Shown piece after piece: positions 29,165-38,526 of a stretch of 64,000 bases of DNA. Positions within the stretch are counted from its first letter, which is position 1, and each line of letters begins with the position of its first letter. Source of the DNA: Gemmatimonadales bacterium (GTDB lineage Bacteria; Gemmatimonadota; Gemmatimonadetes; Gemmatimonadales; JACORV01); assembly GCA_036493755.1 (NCBI GenBank), contig DASXPG010000028.1:138-64137 (forward strand), read 5' to 3'. The notes below the pieces were generated by a model. It was given only the letters and a program-made list of their open reading frames with translations, did no database searches and was not told where the DNA came from. Made by a program: the position numbers and the translations under genes.

Positions 29165-29499
29165 GCGATGACGAACGCCGGGCCCTGGGACTCCTGGGGC
29201 TGGGCGCGAAGGCCGGACGGATCGCCATCGGTGTCGAAGCGGCCCACTCGGCCCTCCGCGCCGGCAAGGCCGAAGCGATCGTGATGCCGGCGGACGCGAG
29301 CCCCCGCTCGAAGGAGCAGCTCGTGGCGCTCGCCGGACACAAGAAGGTCCCGCTGTTCACCTTCTCCCAGGCGGAGAAGCTGGGCGCGGCGTTGGGCCGG
29401 CCGGCGGTGCACGGTGTCGCGGTACTCGACCGGCAGCTGGCGAAGGGATTGAAGAGCTACGCAGTCGCGCATGAACTGAAGGAGAAGGCGGCAGGATGA
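29161..29499 (+). CDS. YlxQ/L7Ae-family RNA-binding protein
   Basis: Small ORF between nusA and infB (LGLGAKAGRIAIGVEAAHSALRAGKAEAIVMPADASP). GTGA overlap with nusA and ATGA overlap with infB. Confidence 0.8.
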   Translation: MSDDERRALGLLGLGAKAGRIAIGVEAAHSALRAGKAEAIVMPADASPRSKEQLVALAGHKKVPLFTFSQAEKLGAALGRPAVHGVAVLDRQLAKGLKSYAVAHELKEKAAG

Positions 29500-32330
29500 G
29501 TATCCGGGTACACGATCTGGCAGCCGAGCTGGCGATGTCCAGCGACGAGCTGATGGGAATGCTCCGCGAGATGGAAATCTCGGTGCGGAGCCACATGAGT
29601 GCGCTCGAGGACGACAAGGTCGCCCGGGTGCGCACGCGTATCGAGCGCAAGCGGCTCGAGGAGCGCAAGAAGGCGCGTGGCGTCGACGAGACGCCCAAGT
29701 CGCGGCGTCGCGCCGTGGCAAAGGCCGCGCCCGCTGCTGCTGCGTCCGCCGAGGGCGCTGTCGTGGTTGCCGCCGCGCCCGCCGCGCCGAAGGTCGCGCG
29801 CAAGAAGGCGGCGGCGCCGCCGCCGCCCGAGCCCATCGTCGCGATCGATCTCAAGCCCAAGCGTCGTCGCCGTACCGCGGCCGAAGTGGCCGAGGTCGAA
29901 GCCGCCGCCGCCGCGGTGCTCGCGGCTGAAGCCGCGGCGAAGGAGCCGGAGGTCGAGGAGCTCTTCGTCGAGGAGCTCGAACCCGCCGAGGCATTGCCGC
30001 CCAAGCCCAGCGCCGACGAGCTGTTCCCGCCGGAGCTGGCGCCGCCTCCATCGGAGCCCGCCGAGCGGATGCCGACCGAGCTGCCGGCACCGGTGGCATC
30101 GGCCGCACCATCCGTTCCATCTCCGTCCGTGCCGTCGCGCGCGTCGGATGCCGCGCCGCAGTCGGGCTCGCGGCCGCCCTTCATCCCGCGCCCGGTCGAT
30201 CGGGGCATGACGTCGCGTCCCCGTCCCGTGGCATCCGCCGCGCCGGGCACCGGCGTGCCGCCGCGTCCCATCGCGTCGGCCGCTCCAGGTGGTGCCGGCG
30301 GGGCCGGCGGCGCGGTCGACGATCGTCGCCGCGGCACGACGGGCAAGGGGAAGAAAGGGAAGAAAGGCGGAAAAAAGGGTTGGGTGGACCAGGAGGCGGT
30401 GGCCGAGAACGTCGCGCGCACCTTGGCATCCATTACCCGCGGTACCGCCATCAAGAAGGGTCCGCGCCGCCGCGATGACGGCTCCCGCGAGCTCGAAGCC
30501 GCGATGGAGGCCGAGGAGAAGGAGAAAGAGCGGACCCTGGTCCGGGTCAACGAGTTCATCTCGGTGGCCGAGCTGGCGCAGACGCTGAAGATGCCGGCCT
30601 CGCAGATCGTGACCTTCGCCTTCAAGGAAATGGGGATGATGGTCACGGTGAACCAGCGGCTCGACTTCGATCAGATCGAGCTGATCTGCTCGGCGTTCGG
30701 GTTCCAGGCGGTGAAGGAATCGGAGTACGCCGCCGAGCAGAATGAGGCTCCCGCGGCCGATGCGCCCGAGACACTCGTGACGCGTCCGCCGGTCGTCACC
30801 ATCATGGGCCACGTCGACCACGGCAAGACCTCGCTCCTCGACTTCATCCGCAAGGCGAACGTCGTCGCGGGCGAGTCGGGCGGGATCACGCAGCACATCG
30901 GCGCGTACGAAGTCGCGCTGCCCAGCGGCCGGCACATCACCTTCCTCGACACGCCGGGCCACGAGGCCTTCACGGCGATGCGCGCCCGCGGGGCGCAAGT
31001 CACCGACATCGTGGTACTGGTCGTCGCGGCCGACGATGCCATCATGCCCCAGACCATCGAAGCGATCAGCCACGCCAAGAACGCCGGCGTGCCGATGATC
31101 GTCGCCATCAACAAGATCGATCTGCCTTCGGCCGACGTCGAAAAGGTCAAGCGCGACCTGCTCCAGCATCAGGTCGTTCTCGAAGAGTTCGGCGGCAACG
31201 TCCTCTACACCGCCATTTCGGCGAAAACGGGAGCGGGCGTTCCGCAACTCCTCGACCAGGTGCTGCTCCAGGCCGACATCCTCGAGCTGAAGGCCAACCC
31301 GGAGCGTGCGGCGATCGGCAGCGTCATCGAAGCCCAGCTCGATCCGGGGAAGGGACCGGTCGCCACGGTGCTGGTCACCAACGGCACGCTGCGAACCGGC
31401 GACAACTTCATCTGCGGCGCCTTCTCGGGCCGGGTGCGCGCGCTGCAGGATGAGCGCGGCCGCACCGTGAAGGAAGCAGGTCCCTCCGAGCCGGTGCAGG
31501 TCCTCGGTTTCGAAGGCGTCCCCCAGGCGGGCGACACCTTCAGCGTCGTCGCCGATGCGACGGCGGCGCGCGAAATCGCCCAGAAGCGCCAGCGGCTCGA
31601 CCGCGAGGCGCAGAACCGGCGCACCAGCCGCGCCGGCGTCACGCTGGAAGAATTCTTCGCGCAGCGCGCCGAGGGTGAAGTCGGCAAGCTCGCGCTCATC
31701 ATCAAGGCCGACCAGGGCGGCCCGGCGGAAGCGCTCGCCGACTCGCTGGCCCAGCTCTCGACCGCCGAAGTAAAGGTCGAGGTCGTCCATCGCGGCGTCG
31801 GCGCCATCACCGACAGCGACGTGCTGCTCGCCAAGGCGTCGAACGCCATCATCATCGGCTTCCACGTCCGGCCCGACAGCAACGCCCGCGCCTCCGCGGC
31901 GCGCGAGCACGTGGACATCAAGCTCTACCGCGTGATCTACGAAGCGGTCGAGGATGTGAGAGCGGCGCTCGAAGGCCTCCTCAAGCCCGAAGAGAAAGAG
32001 ACCATTCTCGGCGAGGCCGAGGTGCGGCAGCTGTTCAAAATCTCGGGCGTCGGCGTCATCGCCGGCTGCTTTGTCCGCAGCGGCGTGATCCAGCGGGCCG
32101 CGAAGGTGCGCGTGATCCGCGACGGGACGCAGGTCTACCAGGGCGGTCTCAGCTCGCTGAAGCGCTTCAAGGACGATGTGAAGGAAGTAAAGGACGGCCT
32201 GGAGTGCGGCATCGGGATCGAGAATTACAACGACCTCAAGAACGGCGACGTGATCGAGTCGTTCAAGATCGAGTCGATCGCCCGGACGCTGCAGGGCCAG
32301 GCGAGCGGCGGAGGCCGGGCGCAGGAGTAG
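29496..32330 (+). CDS. infB: Translation initiation factor IF-2
   Basis: Ala/Pro/Glu-rich N-terminal region and a G domain ([25 protein letters not shown]). Confidence 0.97.
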   Translation: MSIRVHDLAAELAMSSDELMGMLREMEISVRSHMSALEDDKVARVRTRIERKRLEERKKARGVDETPKSRRRAVAKAAPAAAASAEGAVVVAAAPAAPKVARKKAAAPPPPEPIVAIDLKPKRRRRTAAEVAEVEAAAAAVLAAEAAAKEPEVEELFVEELEPAEALPPKPSADELFPPELAPPPSEPAERMPTELPAPVASAAPSVPSPSVPSRASDAAPQSGSRPPFIPRPVDRGMTSRPRPVASAAPGTGVPPRPIASAAPGGAGGAGGAVDDRRRGTTGKGKKGKKGGKKGWVDQEAVAENVARTLASITRGTAIKKGPRRRDDGSRELEAAMEAEEKEKERTLVRVNEFISVAELAQTLKMPASQIVTFAFKEMGMMVTVNQRLDFDQIELICSAFGFQAVKESEYAAEQNEAPAADAPETLVTRPPVVTIMGHVDHGKTSLLDFIRKANVVAGESGGITQHIGAYEVALPSGRHITFLDTPGHEAFTAMRARGAQVTDIVVLVVAADDAIMPQTIEAISHAKNAGVPMIVAINKIDLPSADVEKVKRDLLQHQVVLEEFGGNVLYTAISAKTGAGVPQLLDQVLLQADILELKANPERAAIGSVIEAQLDPGKGPVATVLVTNGTLRTGDNFICGAFSGRVRALQDERGRTVKEAGPSEPVQVLGFEGVPQAGDTFSVVADATAAREIAQKRQRLDREAQNRRTSRAGVTLEEFFAQRAEGEVGKLALIIKADQGGPAEALADSLAQLSTAEVKVEVVHRGVGAITDSDVLLAKASNAIIIGFHVRPDSNARASAAREHVDIKLYRVIYEAVEDVRAALEGLLKPEEKETILGEAEVRQLFKISGVGVIAGCFVRSGVIQRAAKVRVIRDGTQVYQGGLSSLKRFKDDVKEVKDGLECGIGIENYNDLKNGDVIESFKIESIARTLQGQASGGGRAQE

Positions 32331-32333
32331 GCC

Positions 32334-32615
32334 ATGATCGTCGGCGTTCGGCGCTGGGAGCTGCACCTGGCGGGCTGCCAGTCGCTGAAGGACAAGCGGC
32401 GGATCGTGAAGTCGCTGAAGGACCGCATGCACGCCCGGTTCAACGTGTCGGCGGCCGAAGTCGATCATCAGGACGTGTGGCAGCGCGCTTCCCTCGCCGC
32501 TGCGGTCGTCAGCGGCGACGCGCGCCATGCCGAGGAGGTGCTCACCTCCTGCGACAACCTCGTGCAGGATGAGCCGCTGGCCCACATCATTTCGAGCGAG
32601 ATGTTCCTCCAATGA
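32334..32615 (+). CDS. DUF503 (YlxP-like) protein
   Basis: MIVGVRRWELHLAGCQSLKDKRRIVKSLKDR is characteristic of DUF503, and the gene sits in the conserved position after infB. Confidence 0.85.
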   Translation: MIVGVRRWELHLAGCQSLKDKRRIVKSLKDRMHARFNVSAAEVDHQDVWQRASLAAAVVSGDARHAEEVLTSCDNLVQDEPLAHIISSEMFLQ

Positions 32616-33088
32616 AACATCGCCGCGCCGGCCCGCCCGGCCGCCGTCCCCGCCGCGTCGCCGAGCAGGTGCGCCAGGTGGTGACGACGTTTCTCCAGGA
32701 AGAAGCGCGCGATCCGCGCATCGGCCTTGTGACCGTGACCAATGTCGAGATCTCCGGCGACCTCCAGCATGCCACGGTGCAATACGTGGTACACGGCGGT
32801 TCCGAGCAGCAGGCCCAGACCGAAGAGGGTCTCGCCGCGGCGGCGGCCGCGGTGCGCCGGCGTATCGGCGCCGAGATGGCGCTGCGCGTCGTCCCCGAGG
32901 TGGTGTTCGTCCTCGACAAGGGGACCGAGCACGCGGCGCATATTGCGCGGTTGCTCGCCGGGATACCAAAGACAGAAAGTGACGGAAGTGACGGAAGTGA
33001 CGGAAGTGACGGAAGTGACCGAAGTGACGGAAGTGACGGAGGTGACGGAGGTGACGGAGGTGATGCGGGAGAGCTGAAGTCTGATTGA
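32612..33088 (+). CDS. rbfA: Ribosome-binding factor A with a (S/G)DG repeat tail
   Basis: RVAEQVRQVVTTFLQEEARDPRIGLVTVTNVEISGDLQHATV is the RbfA core. ATGA overlap with DUF503. The C-terminus is ESDGSDGSDGSDGSDRSDGSDGGDGGDGGDAGE. Confidence 0.92.
   Translation: MKHRRAGPPGRRPRRVAEQVRQVVTTFLQEEARDPRIGLVTVTNVEISGDLQHATVQYVVHGGSEQQAQTEEGLAAAAAAVRRRIGAEMALRVVPEVVFVLDKGTEHAAHIARLLAGIPKTESDGSDGSDGSDGSDRSDGSDGGDGGDGGDAGELKSD
32978..33067 (+). repeat. About 10 x 9-bp tandem repeat (AGTGACGGA) at the 3' end of rbfA
   Basis: Units agtgacgga x4, agtgaccga, agtgacgga x2, ggtgacgga x2, ggtgatgcg. Confidence 0.9.
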
Positions 33089-33137
33089 CGGGATTCTGCT
33101 TATCGACAAACCTGCCGGCCCGACGTCGCACGATATC

Positions 33138-33956
33138 GTGGCCATGGTTCGCCATGCGCTGGGTGAAGGACGGGTCGGGCACGCGGGCACGCTCGATCCA
33201 CCGGCGACGGGATTGCTGGTGGTGCTCACGGGGCGCGCGACGCGGCTCGCCCAGTTTGTCTCGATGCTCCCCAAGCGCTACAGCGGCGTGGTCCGCTTCG
33301 GTACCGAGACGTCGACCGACGACGCAACCGGCGCAGTGGTCGGCGAGTCAGATGATTCCTGGCGCGGCCGGCTTCAGCCGGAACTCGATGCGGCGCTGCG
33401 CAATGTGCAGGGTCGCACCCGCCAGATGCCTCCGGCGGTCAGCGCCAAGAAAATCGGCGGCGAACGGGCGTATCGGCAGGTTCGGCGCGGCGAGAAGCCG
33501 GCCCTCGAGCCGGCGAGCGTCGTCATCGAGCGGCTGCGCTGCGAGTGGTTCGACCGCCAGAGCGGCGAAGTCCATGTCGACGTCGTCTGCTCGTCGGGGA
33601 CCTACGTGCGCGCCATCGCGCGCGACGTCGGCCGCGAGCTGGGGACGAAGGCGCATCTCGCGTCGCTGAGGCGGACGGAGATCGGGAGCTGGAAAGTCGA
33701 TGACAGTCTGCCGTTGACCGTCGACGGTCCACCGTTGACGGTTGACGGCAAACATTTCCGCCCCATGTCCGAAGCCGTCGCCCATCTTCCCGCCGTCCTG
33801 CTGCCGGCCGAGGAGGCGAAGCGGTTCACCCAGGGCCGGAAAATTCCTTCGCCGCTGCCCGATGGGCCCGTCGCGGTCTTCAGCGCCGCCGAGCTGCTCG
33901 GAGTCGCGAAGCAGTCCCTCGGGCTGCTGCACCCCGACGTCGTGCTGATCGGATGA
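33138..33956 (+). CDS. truB: tRNA pseudouridine(55) synthase TruB (coordinates from the first canonical start; the true start is probably 33081-33102)
   Basis: GHAGTLDPPATGLLVV catalytic motif. The conserved N-terminal GILLIDKPAGPTSHDIV is encoded in frame at 33090-33140, upstream of the first GTG/ATG and downstream of an in-frame TGA (33075). Only CTG, ATT or ATC codons are available there. The gene contains a 35-bp heptad-repeat insertion (LTVDGPPLTVDG). Confidence 0.9.
   Translation: MAMVRHALGEGRVGHAGTLDPPATGLLVVLTGRATRLAQFVSMLPKRYSGVVRFGTETSTDDATGAVVGESDDSWRGRLQPELDAALRNVQGRTRQMPPAVSAKKIGGERAYRQVRRGEKPALEPASVVIERLRCEWFDRQSGEVHVDVVCSSGTYVRAIARDVGRELGTKAHLASLRRTEIGSWKVDDSLPLTVDGPPLTVDGKHFRPMSEAVAHLPAVLLPAEEAKRFTQGRKIPSPLPDGPVAVFSAAELLGVAKQSLGLLHPDVVLIG
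33713..33747 (+). repeat. GTTGACS-type heptad repeat element inside the truB coding sequence
   Basis: Reads gttgacc|gtcgacg|gtccacc|gttgacg|gttgacg and translates in frame to LTVDGPPLTVDG. Confidence 0.8.
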
Positions 33957-34900
33957 GCGACGATCGCACCGTCGTCACCGTCGGGACCTTCGACGGTGTG
34001 CACCGCGGGCATGGCGCAGTGCTCGATGAAATCGCTCGGCGCGCCAGGGCATCGGGCCGCCGCAGCGTCCTCGTCACCTTCGATCCCCATCCCCTCGAAA
34101 TCGTGAATCCGCAGGCCGCGCCGCAGCTGCTCACGCTGGCGGATGAGAAGCGGCAGATCCTGTCGCAGTCACCGGTGGATGAAGTCGCCTTCGTGCCGTT
34201 CACGCCCGTACTGCGTGACCTCTCGCCCGACGCATTCGTGCGCGAGGTCCTCGAGGCCCGGTTTCGCATCGCGGAGCTGGTGATCGGACACGATCACGGC
34301 TTCGGTCGTGACCGTTCCGGTGACGTCGAGTTTCTCCGCAGGCTGGGCGCGACGGATGGGTTCGCCGTAGACGTCGTCCCGGCGGTCTTGCTTCCCGACG
34401 GCCGGCCGATTTCGTCGACGCTGATCCGGCGCGCCATCGCGGGCGGTGACCTCGACACCGCGGCCCGGGCCCTGGGTCGCCGGTACAGCGTCTCGGGTCA
34501 GGTGGAGCAGGGCGCGGGGCGGGGCAAAACCATCGGCATCCCGACCATCAACCTGGCGTTGCCCAGTCCCCGGAAGCTGCTCCCGCCCGACGGCGTTTAC
34601 GCCTGCCAGGTCGTATGGGACGGGAATACCTGGGGCGCCATGGCAAATCTGGGCCCTCGGCCGACCTTCGGTGAGCACGCCCGGGGGCTCGAGGCGCACC
34701 TCTTCGAGTTCAGCGGCGATCTCTATGGCAAGGCGGTCACCGTGGAATTCGTGAAGCGGCTGCGCGACGTGATCAAGTTCGCCTCGGTCGATGCGCTCAA
34801 GCTGCAACTCGGCGCGGACCGACAAGCGGCACTGGCCGCTTTGAGAAAGCCCGAGAAACCGGTTACCTTCCAAGGCTCCCAGAACCCCGCTCAACCTTAA
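33953..34900 (+). CDS. ribF: Bifunctional riboflavin kinase / FAD synthetase
   Basis: VVTVGTFDGVHRGH (nucleotidyltransferase motif) and a C-terminal riboflavin kinase domain (GRGKTIGIPTINL). ATGA overlap with truB. Confidence 0.93.
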   Translation: MSDDRTVVTVGTFDGVHRGHGAVLDEIARRARASGRRSVLVTFDPHPLEIVNPQAAPQLLTLADEKRQILSQSPVDEVAFVPFTPVLRDLSPDAFVREVLEARFRIAELVIGHDHGFGRDRSGDVEFLRRLGATDGFAVDVVPAVLLPDGRPISSTLIRRAIAGGDLDTAARALGRRYSVSGQVEQGAGRGKTIGIPTINLALPSPRKLLPPDGVYACQVVWDGNTWGAMANLGPRPTFGEHARGLEAHLFEFSGDLYGKAVTVEFVKRLRDVIKFASVDALKLQLGADRQAALAALRKPEKPVTFQGSQNPAQP

Positions 34901-34910
34901 CCACGACAAC

Positions 34911-36662
34911 ATGTTCGACAGCGTCAGAACCCGGCTCATCATCATCGGCTTGCTGGTCGTCGCCTCGATTGGGGCGCTCTGGCCCCGTTCCGTCACGACC
35001 CGCATCGAAGGCCGCGATCAGGTCATGCACGACACCGTCGTGCGTGAGGTCAATCTGAAGTACGGCCTCGACCTCCAGGGCGGCATTCACATGGCGCTGG
35101 AGCTCGACGAGAGCGGCGGCAAGGTCGCCAACTGTTCCGACGCCATCGATCGCGCGCTGAAGGTGATACGCACCCGCGTCGACGAGTTCGGCGTTTCCGA
35201 GCCGCTCATTCAGAAGCAGGGTGCCTGCCGGATCGTCGTCGAGCTGGCCGGCATCACCGATCCCGAACGCGCCCGCGCGATCGTCAAGCGGTCGGCGTTC
35301 CTCGAATTCGAAATGACCGATAAGGACGGCCTCTTCGCGCAGGCGCTGCGCCCGATGGATCGCGCGCTCTCGGCTGCGGGAATCAACGAGACTACCGTCG
35401 GCCGCCAGCTGTCGGACAGCGCCGGCGGCGCGGCGCGGCGTGCGCCCGCAACACCCGCGCCCACCACGGTCGAGAACCTCCTGAGCCAGTCGCATCCCGA
35501 CACCGCCAAGCTGGCGGTTCGCGATACCGCCAAGGCGGGGCGCGCTGCGCGGGGCGCGAGGGCCGACACGACCAAGCACGACACCGCCGCCACCGACACC
35601 ACGGCGATGCTGAACGGTCCGCTCACATCGTTGCTGAATGCCGGCGGGATGCCCGGTGAGTACATGGTGCTGGAAGAGAAGTACCCGATCGTCGACCGCA
35701 TGCTGCACGATCCGGTGGTCCAGCGGCTGATCCCGCGCGGAATCATTTTCCACTGGGCCGCCGACCCGACGTCGCGCGGCGCGCGGGCCTACCGCGGTCT
35801 CTATGCGTTGCAGGAAAAGCCGATCATGACCGGCGAGTACCTCACCGACGCGACGGCGCGGCTCGATCCCAACAACCAGGCGATCGTCGAATTCCAGCTG
35901 TCGCGGCGCGGCGGCCGCACCTTCGAGCGCGAGACGGGTCGCCACGTCAACGACTTCATGGCGATCGTGCTCGACCACAAGGTCCAGAGCCGTCCGCCGG
36001 TCATCAAGGGACAGATCGGTGCGCGCGGCGAAATCGAGCTGGGAAGCGCCAGCCTCCAGGAGGCGCAGGACCTCGCCCTGGTGCTGAAGGCCGGCTCGCT
36101 GCCGGCGCCGCTCATGATCGTCGAGGATCGCACCGTCGGCGCGAGTCTGGGCAAGGACTCGATCCGCGATGCGGAAATTGCCGGCCTCGTCGGCATCGGA
36201 CTGGTCATCATCATCATGATCGGCTACTACCACTTCGCCGGCGTGCTGTCGATCATCGCACTCGGCTTCTACGTCCTCTTTACCATGGGCGGGCTCGCGG
36301 CCTTCGACACCACGCTGACGTTGCCGGGGCTGGCGGGCTTCATCCTGTCGATCGGTATCGCAGTAGACGCCAACGTGCTGATCTTCGAGCGTATCCGCGA
36401 AGAGCTGGTGCACGGCAAGTCGGTGCGGCTGGCAATCGACGCGGGCTTCGCCATGGCGATGAACGCCATCGTCGACTCCAACGTCTCCACCATTTTGACG
36501 GCCGCCTGCCTCTTCTGGTTCGGCACTGGCCCGGTCAAAGGCTTCGCGGTCACCCTCATCGTGGGCATTCTTGCCTCGATGATCACTTCGATCTTCGTCG
36601 TCCGGACGTTCTTCATGATGTATCTGGCGAAGAAGACCCAGCTCCAGACGCTGAGTATCTGA
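34911..36662 (+). CDS. secD: Protein translocase subunit SecD
   Basis: N-terminal TM helix, large periplasmic domain (LDLQGGIHMALELD) and a C-terminal 5-TM bundle. It is followed directly by secF. Confidence 0.93.
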   Translation: MFDSVRTRLIIIGLLVVASIGALWPRSVTTRIEGRDQVMHDTVVREVNLKYGLDLQGGIHMALELDESGGKVANCSDAIDRALKVIRTRVDEFGVSEPLIQKQGACRIVVELAGITDPERARAIVKRSAFLEFEMTDKDGLFAQALRPMDRALSAAGINETTVGRQLSDSAGGAARRAPATPAPTTVENLLSQSHPDTAKLAVRDTAKAGRAARGARADTTKHDTAATDTTAMLNGPLTSLLNAGGMPGEYMVLEEKYPIVDRMLHDPVVQRLIPRGIIFHWAADPTSRGARAYRGLYALQEKPIMTGEYLTDATARLDPNNQAIVEFQLSRRGGRTFERETGRHVNDFMAIVLDHKVQSRPPVIKGQIGARGEIELGSASLQEAQDLALVLKAGSLPAPLMIVEDRTVGASLGKDSIRDAEIAGLVGIGLVIIIMIGYYHFAGVLSIIALGFYVLFTMGGLAAFDTTLTLPGLAGFILSIGIAVDANVLIFERIREELVHGKSVRLAIDAGFAMAMNAIVDSNVSTILTAACLFWFGTGPVKGFAVTLIVGILASMITSIFVVRTFFMMYLAKKTQLQTLSI

Positions 36663-36663
36663 C

Positions 36664-37677
36664 ATGAGACGACTCTTCGCCAACGCTAACTACGACTTCA
36701 TCGGCCTGCGGCGCATCGCCTACCTGCTGACGGGGCTAATCATCATCCCCGGGATGCTGATGGTCCTGTTCAAGGGCCTCAACTACAGCATCGAGTTCAC
36801 CGGCGGGACGCTGGTGCAGGTCAAGGCCAGGACGCCGGCCATGACCGTCGGCGCGCTGCGTTCTGCGCTGGACAAAGTAGGCCTCAACGGCGCCCAGATC
36901 TCGCAGTTCGGCGGCAACGACGAATTCGTGATCCGCGCCCGCCTGGCTGCGTCATCCAGCACGATCGATGAGCACACGGCGGAGCGGACCCGGGCCCTCG
37001 TGGACTCGACCCTCACGAAGACCTTCGGCGCGAACACCTACACCGCGGGTCGCGGCGAAGCGGTGGGTCCCAAGGTCGGCGGTGAGCTGCGCCGGCTGGC
37101 CCTGCTCGCCATTCTCGTCTCTTTCGCGCTGACCATGGTGTACCTGGCCTTCCGCTTCGAGTGGCGCTTCGGCGTCGCGGCGACGCTGGCCACGGCCCAC
37201 GACATCCTGGCGACGCTCGCCTTCATCATGTACATGAGGCTCGAGGTGTCGCTGATCGTGGTCTCGGCGATCCTGACGGTGGTGGGTTATTCGCTCAACG
37301 ACACCATCATCATCTTCGACCGCACCCGCGAGAACCTGCACAAGTACAAGCGCCAGGATCTCGCCGGCATCCTCAACCGGTCGATCAATGAGACGCTGCC
37401 GCGCTCGATCCTGACCCACGGGACGGCGCTGGCCACCACGCTGGCGATGCTGATCTTCGCCGGCGAAGTGATCCGGCCCTTCGCCTGGGTGATGGCGTTC
37501 GGAATCTTCACCGGAACCTTCTCGTCGATCTACATCGCCTCGCCGATGCTGCTGCTCATCGAGCAGAAGTGGCCGGGGAAGGATGCCCGCGGCGTGAAGG
37601 CCCGGGTGATGCCCGCCGGCCCTCCGGCCGGGGGAATGCCGTCGGGACTTGGCATCCAGGTTCCGTCAGGACGATAG
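36664..37677 (+). CDS. secF: Protein translocase subunit SecF
   Basis: NYDFIGLRRIAYLLTGLIII...LNYSIEFTGGT plus the conserved GYSLNDTIIIFDRTREN motif. Confidence 0.93.
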   Translation: MRRLFANANYDFIGLRRIAYLLTGLIIIPGMLMVLFKGLNYSIEFTGGTLVQVKARTPAMTVGALRSALDKVGLNGAQISQFGGNDEFVIRARLAASSSTIDEHTAERTRALVDSTLTKTFGANTYTAGRGEAVGPKVGGELRRLALLAILVSFALTMVYLAFRFEWRFGVAATLATAHDILATLAFIMYMRLEVSLIVVSAILTVVGYSLNDTIIIFDRTRENLHKYKRQDLAGILNRSINETLPRSILTHGTALATTLAMLIFAGEVIRPFAWVMAFGIFTGTFSSIYIASPMLLLIEQKWPGKDARGVKARVMPAGPPAGGMPSGLGIQVPSGR

Positions 37678-37678
37678 G

Positions 37679-37716
37679 GTTAACGGTCCGTCAACCGTCA
37701 ACGGTTGACCGTCAAC
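37679..37716 (-). repeat. GTTGACS-type heptad repeat element filling the secF-tatD spacer
   Basis: The reverse complement reads gttgacg|gtcaacc|gttgacg|gttgacg|gaccgtt. The element lies between the secF stop (37677) and the tatD ATG (37718). Confidence 0.8.
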
Positions 37717-37717
37717 C

Positions 37718-38494
37718 ATGATCGACTCGCATTGCCACCTTGCCGACCCCGCCTTCGCCGCCGACCTCGAAGCGGTGATCGGCCGGGCCCGGGAGGCCGG
37801 TGTCGAAGGAGTCGTCGTTGTCGCTGAAGGACTCGAGTCCTCTCTTGCGGCCCGCGCGTTGTGCGCGGGCCGCGATGGTTTCTGGCCCACCGCGGGCATT
37901 CATCCTCACCGGGCATCCGAATTTTCTGATACCGTTGCTCGCCAGCTGCAACTTCTGATTGCCGATTCTGCCACGGCGGGCGTCGGGGAGACTGGTCTCG
38001 ACTACCACTACGACCACAGCCCGCGCGATCAGCAGCGCGCCTCGTTCTCGTGGCACCTGGTGATGGCATCGGCGACGGGAAAGCCGGCGATCGTGCATGC
38101 CCGCGACGCCGACCACGATGCCGCCGAGCTGATCGGCCAGGCACCGGCCGGTGCCAAGGGCGTGCTTCACTGTTTCGCGTCGGGGCCGGAGCTGCTCGAG
38201 GCGGGACTGGCCCGGGGTTGGAGCGTCTCTTTCAGCGGGATGATCACCTTCAAGAACTGGACCGAGCGGTGGGCGGTCGACCGGCTCGCCGACGACCAGA
38301 TCCTGATCGAGACCGATGCCCCGTTCCTGGCACCGATGCCGCATCGCGGCAAACGCAACGAACCGGCCTTCGTCGCCCATACCGCGGCGAAACTGGCCGA
38401 GCTGCGCGGCACGACCCTTGAGCACATCGCGTCGATCACCAGAGCTAACGCTGAGCGACTCTTTCGCGTAAAATCTCCGACCGCGAAGACCTGA
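37718..38494 (+). CDS. TatD-family metal-dependent hydrolase
   Basis: MIDSHCHL start, GETGLDYHY, and the H/D metal-ligand pattern typical of TatD/YcfH. Confidence 0.9.
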   Translation: MIDSHCHLADPAFAADLEAVIGRAREAGVEGVVVVAEGLESSLAARALCAGRDGFWPTAGIHPHRASEFSDTVARQLQLLIADSATAGVGETGLDYHYDHSPRDQQRASFSWHLVMASATGKPAIVHARDADHDAAELIGQAPAGAKGVLHCFASGPELLEAGLARGWSVSFSGMITFKNWTERWAVDRLADDQILIETDAPFLAPMPHRGKRNEPAFVAHTAAKLAELRGTTLEHIASITRANAERLFRVKSPTAKT

Positions 38495-38526
38495 TCCCGG
38501 ACCCTCAAACCCGGATTTCTGCTGTC

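Noticed and set aside
5607-33067. Interpreting the 7-bp and 9-bp tandem repeats as CRISPR arrays
   Set aside because: The units are contiguous with no spacers. They are far shorter than CRISPR repeats. No cas genes are present.
29457-33182. 1241-aa minus-strand ORF
   Set aside because: It is antisense to infB, DUF503 and rbfA. Its composition is Arg/Gly/His-rich nonsense. The HLRHLRHFRHF run is simply the reverse translation of the rbfA 9-bp repeat.
34863-36683. 606-aa minus-strand ORF
   Set aside because: It is antisense to secD, which has unmistakable homology. This is a shadow ORF.
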